Of a stretch of 11,854 nucleotides of DNA, positions 8,181 to 11,854 are shown piece after piece. Position 1 is the first letter of the stretch; every line of letters begins with the position of its first letter. The notes below the pieces were generated by a model. The model was not told where the DNA came from, did not search any database, and saw nothing but the letters and a program-made list of their open reading frames with translations. The DNA is from Paraspadella gotoi (taxonomy: Eukaryota; Animalia; Chaetognatha), in assembly GCA_051294375.1 (NCBI GenBank), contig JBJCIZ010001658.1, forward strand, positions 1 to 11,854, in the 5' to 3' direction. The translations under genes were made by a program, and so were the position numbers.

Positions 8181-8614
8181 TACTAAGGGAGGTGAAATAG
8201 TGGTTGATAAGTGACGTATTTTCCCAGAGAGAGAAGAAGGGGACAGGGGAGCGAGAGCTGCAAAGATACTTTTTCTTGCCATAATACGTCCAAAAAATTG
8301 CGCATCAAAGAGAATATGGGGGCTAAAAAAAAAAAAAGTCAGATGGAGGAAAAAATTTTTTTGTTTGTTTTGTTTTTTCGGAAAAATTCTCTCTGTCCTT
8401 GTCCTTGTGTCTGTACGTCACACGTCCCTCACGGTCAGCGTCATCGATGGTTTCCCTAGCGCCACGCTAACGCTACTCCGGCGCCACTTTCGCGCAACTC
8501 TCCCTCATTTGCAAATACCTCCAGCGCCACCCCCCAAGACTTTTTGTGTTGGCCCCCCTGCCTCGTTTCCCCCCGCCCCATTCCCAAAGAACCCCCCGGG
8601 TCCATTTTTTTTAG

Positions 8615-8740
8615 GCCATCTAGCGCCGACGAAAGACGACGAACGAGACGACGACGGGGACTTCGGCGAAAGGCCGACAAAAAGCGAGGAACATTTTTGG
8701 GTGGCTCCAAGGAGAAGGAGCGTACCGGCGCGGGCTGATG
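8615..8740 (+). other. Possible internal exon of an unidentified transcript
   Basis: Acceptor TTTTTTTTAG| (8613-8614) and donor ATG|GTAAGT (8741), with alternative donor GAG|GTAAGA (8778). GC-rich 126-nt interior has an open frame (HLAPTKDDERDDDGDFGERPTKSEEHFWVAPRRRSVPARAD); no recognisable homology. Confidence 0.25.
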
Positions 8741-9828
8741 GTAAGTGTGGAGGAAAGGTCGGCGGTTTGGCCGCGAGGTAAGAAAAGTGAGGTTGGGTGA
8801 TTTTGAGGAAATGAATTGAAAAAGAACTTTGGGGTAAGTTTAACAAATCAAAATGAAAAGTGGGAAAATAAAAAAGGGAGAGAAAGATGTTGATCCTTCT
8901 TTTTTCTGTTTTGTCCTCGTTTCCTTTGATTCTGGCAGTGCTCTTGTTTGATATTTTTCAATGCCATTGTTTCTTTTCCCCTTTTTCATTCTCGATCTTT
9001 ATATTATGGAATGTATATTTATAATCAAAGTAGCTGTCAAAACAATATTTTTTTAAATCCGAATGAAATTTAATAATGTGCATGCGCGGGGAGGAGAAGA
9101 GGGTAGCCTACAGCTTACAGGGATGTGTTTGTACGTAAGCGTGTAAGTCCAAATTTGGTAAGTAGTGCAGCGTTGGCGTCTGGCGTTGGGTCGCGTCGAA
9201 GCGGCAATGGCGGCGGCTGCGTGTCGGCGGCATGCAATGCTTGAGCCGGCAGCGGCGGGCGTCCGTCGCCGCTGCGGCGTCGGTCTCTGCGGCGGCGTTG
9301 GGCGGCCTAATTTTTCCCCTTCAGCGTCTCCGTCGAACCAGAAGTGAGATAAGGGGACCAACGACCTTCAGGATGGCGAAACTCCTTGGCGTCCCGGGAA
9401 ATGTCCAATGATTCCTTCCTCGGTTGAAAGGGATAAGTGGGGGAATAAGGAATGGGGATAAAATGGAAATGGGGAGGGCAGGGGGCAAAAGGCTTGAACA
9501 GGGGGAGGAAGAGGAGGTGGAAAAGGGGGCCAAGTAAGTAGGGTCCGCATCCAAGTTTACCACCCAGTTATGAACCTCCGACCAGATGTTATTAGTAATT
9601 GGTCTTTTTGTGGCCACATTTTTAAGAAAGTGCACGCATTTTGATAGTTAAAGGTTCTGAGTTGAGGGTTCTTTGAAGTTTATAAGCTCTAGGTAAGGGT
9701 TGAGAAGAAATCGGGAGTCTGTGGGTTACGGCTAGGAGTTAAGGAAATGGTGCCGATGGAGAGTGAAAGTTGAGGATTTGGTTTAAAAAGCCTTGATTAA
9801 AAGAGGTATATTGGTGTAAGGATTAAGG

Positions 9829-9906
9829 TTAGGGCGGAATACGGTTTAGGGAGTTAGATTAGGGATTGGGGGTTTGGGATTTGGGATTAGGGTATAGGGT
9901 TAGGGG
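9829..9906 (+). repeat. Degenerate telomere-like TTAGGG cluster / G-quadruplex-prone
   Basis: TTAGGG at 9829, 9846, 9859, 9887 and 9900, interleaved with TTGGG, TTTGGG and TATAGGG variants. Confidence 0.6.
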
Positions 9907-10092
9907 ATTAACAAAAAAACTAAGAAGGCAAAAAAACTCGGAGCTAACATCGTTACAGCAGCCGTCGCCTCCTTTACGAGCTTCGGTAAGAACTTCCCCG
10001 TATTACTTTACTGTCCGCCCGCCAAAAATCGTTAAAATCCTTGAGCGTCGGAATGGGTCGCGTTTCCGCGGGGGGGCGACGCCTTCGCGGTT

Positions 10093-10375
10093 GGAAGGGC
10101 GGAAGAGGAAGAGAATGAGGAGGACGCGCAGGGAGGAGGTAGAAGAGAAGAAGAAGGGTGGAGGGGAAAGGAAGAAAGGAAGAGGAGGAAGAAAGGGGAA
10201 GAGAGGATATTGGGATAGTGAAGGAAGAAAAAGAGGAGAAAGGGTAAGGGAGAGAAGGAGGGGAGGAAAGAGGAAGAGGGAGGGTCGGGAGAAGGGAAAG
10301 GGGGAGGAGAAGAAGTGAGGGAGGAAAAGATGAGGAGAGAAGATGATATCAGAGGGAGAAGTAAAGAAAGAGGAA
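10093..10375 (+). repeat. Long polypurine (GA-rich) low-complexity tract
   Basis: About 280 nt made almost entirely of G/A in GGAA/GAAG/GGAG units. Confidence 0.85.
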
Positions 10376-10935
10376 CGACACCTTTCAATTTTTAATTCAA
10401 TTTTCCTTCGCGTGGAAAAGCGCGTTCGAAACGGGTGTTTTTATTTTTACAGCTTCTTGTACTTGAAAAGACATAAAGAGAACAGGATTTAGCGGGTAAT
10501 CGGTGAGCAAAAAGCAAAGTAAAGTTGGGAAAAAAATGTATCTACTCGTTTAGGGGTATGTTAAAACGAATTGGCGTCAAAAGATAGAATTGCAAAAAGC
10601 AAAAAAGGACACGTCAACCCGCAAAAGGCTGAAATAGAAATTAAAAAGAAGCCAAAGCCGAAAGCGAAAAACAAAAAAGAAGAATGAGAGGCGGGAATTT
10701 CAAATTGGGAAATTCACGTCACTCCCATAACAGTTTTCCCCTTTTTCTCTCCTTTTTAAATTTTTCATCGAGTCTCGCCAGCCGCCAGGTATGTCGGCCG
10801 GACGCGAGATGCACCGGAGACGCCAATTATGGCCGGACGCGAGTTAAAAGAAAAAATAAAAAGAAGTCCGAGCAGGGTCGAGAAGCTTCGGCCGTCGGCG
10901 TGATTTCCCTTTCGGGACGGCCTGGGAATGTGCAG

Positions 10936-11026
10936 ACGTCGCGTCGTCGTCGTAGTGCCAGTAGTCGTGCGTCGTCGTCGGGTGCGTCCGTCGTCGTCGA
11001 TCCGTACAGTCGTCGTAGGCGACGGT
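10936..11026. repeat. Degenerate (GTC)n trinucleotide repeat
   Basis: GTCGCGTCGTCGTCGTAG...GTCGTGCGTCGTCGTCG...GTCCGTCGTCGTCG...GTCGTCGT. Confidence 0.65.
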
Positions 11027-11449
11027 CATCTTGTGCTTCGTCAAAGGAAACTGAAATACGTGACTTAAAATTCGCTGAATGTTCTTCTTTATTCACTGCA
11101 GTGAAACTGTTGGAATGGCGGTTCCTGTTTTGGATACGACGAGACGCGTTCGCAAGGGCTCGTCTTCCTGGCACTGTTTAAGCTTCTTAACACAACACGG
11201 GTGTTTACTAAAAGTTTCAAGTTGAAACTAAAAATATCTTGTCGGGCTTTTAAAAATTTTTTAAAACTTATTATTATTTTAGAAATGTATTAAATTGAAA
11301 TAGAAATATAAATAAAGTACGTAACCGTTCCCTAGAAATGAGTATTGAGTTTTATGGGTTGTTTTCGTGTTTTAAAAACATCATTATTCGTGTTTTCGGT
11401 AATTTTTCATGAAAAAAACATTTTCCCTGTTTTTCAATACTATGTTATT

Positions 11450-11473
11450 GTCGTCGTCGTCGTCGGTCGTCGT
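11450..11473. repeat. (GTC)n microsatellite
   Basis: GTCGTCGTCGTCGTCGGTCGTCGT. Confidence 0.8.
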
Positions 11474-11534
11474 GGATAAGAAAAGACGGCCGCGTAAATA
11501 CGAGGGAAAATATTGGCGCGTTTCTTTGGGAAGT

Positions 11535-11835
11535 CAAGAGAGACAAAGCGAGTAAGGGATAACCGAGAAAAAAGAGCAAAGAAAAAAAAGGAGAGATGAA
11601 GGAAAAAGAAAAGAATAGAAAAAAAATATCGCCTATAAGCGAAATAAGGAAACATATGAAGAAAAAAGAAATAAAACGAAACAAGAAGAAAATGGAAGAT
11701 AGAAGGGAATAAAAAAAAGGAATGCATAAACATCGACGAAAAAATAATAAGGAAAAAGAAGGAAAAGAATAGGAAAAAAAAAAGGGATAAGGGGGAAAAG
11801 GAAAGGTCGCAAGGTAATAGGGAAGAAGAAAAGGT
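11535..11835 (+). repeat. A-rich polypurine low-complexity tract
   Basis: GAAAAAAG/GGAAAAAG units throughout; the Phe-rich minus-strand ORFs here are a by-product of composition. Confidence 0.8.
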
Positions 11836-11854
11836 CTAAATTTTTAAAAAATTA

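Noticed and set aside
7653-8846. Pro/Ser/Leu- or Gly/Arg/Glu-rich ORFs
   Set aside because: Translations of purine/pyrimidine-skewed low-complexity DNA that lacks stops by composition.
9866-11733. Lys/Arg/Glu-rich, Ser/Arg-rich and Phe-rich ORFs (9866-10318, 10032-10388, 10684-11181, 10827-11174, 11440-11733)
   Set aside because: Derived from GA tracts, (GTC)n and A-tracts; no domain signature.
1-11854. CRISPR array, tRNA/rRNA genes, prokaryotic operon or defence system
   Set aside because: No regularly spaced identical repeats with unique spacers, no cloverleaf or rRNA motifs, and low coding density with eukaryotic transposon content.

Overview
Eukaryotic, probably invertebrate-animal, repeat-rich genomic DNA; no cellular gene can be confidently identified. 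(1) 1-1578 is the 3' end of a Ty3/Gypsy LTR retrotransposon resembling the CsRN1/Kabuki/Boudicca lineage. It has an intact integrase (CxxC half of the zinc finger, D,D35E, GPF motif) with a long Pro/Arg-rich tail, a polypurine tract and a short (~212 bp) TGTG...CACA 3' LTR into which the ORF reads. (2) 1580-6950 is AT-rich DNA holding a small fold-back/MITE-like element and three diverged copies of one non-coding repeat family (~2567-3698 minus, ~4013-4355 plus, ~5736-6567 minus). These have the architecture of Helentron-derived HINE/DINE-1-like elements: T-run plus 5' stem-loop, conserved core, GTCY microsatellite, variable central tandem repeats, 3' subTIR plus short palindrome. Each copy has a different central region. 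(3) 7600-11854 is strongly strand-skewed, low-complexity DNA (polypurine tracts, G-runs, a degenerate TTAGGG cluster, (GTC)n) with CpG-rich islands, some bounded by good splice signals that may be small exons. Most short ORFs in the supplied track are judged spurious. All alignments were done by eye, so boundaries are approximate.
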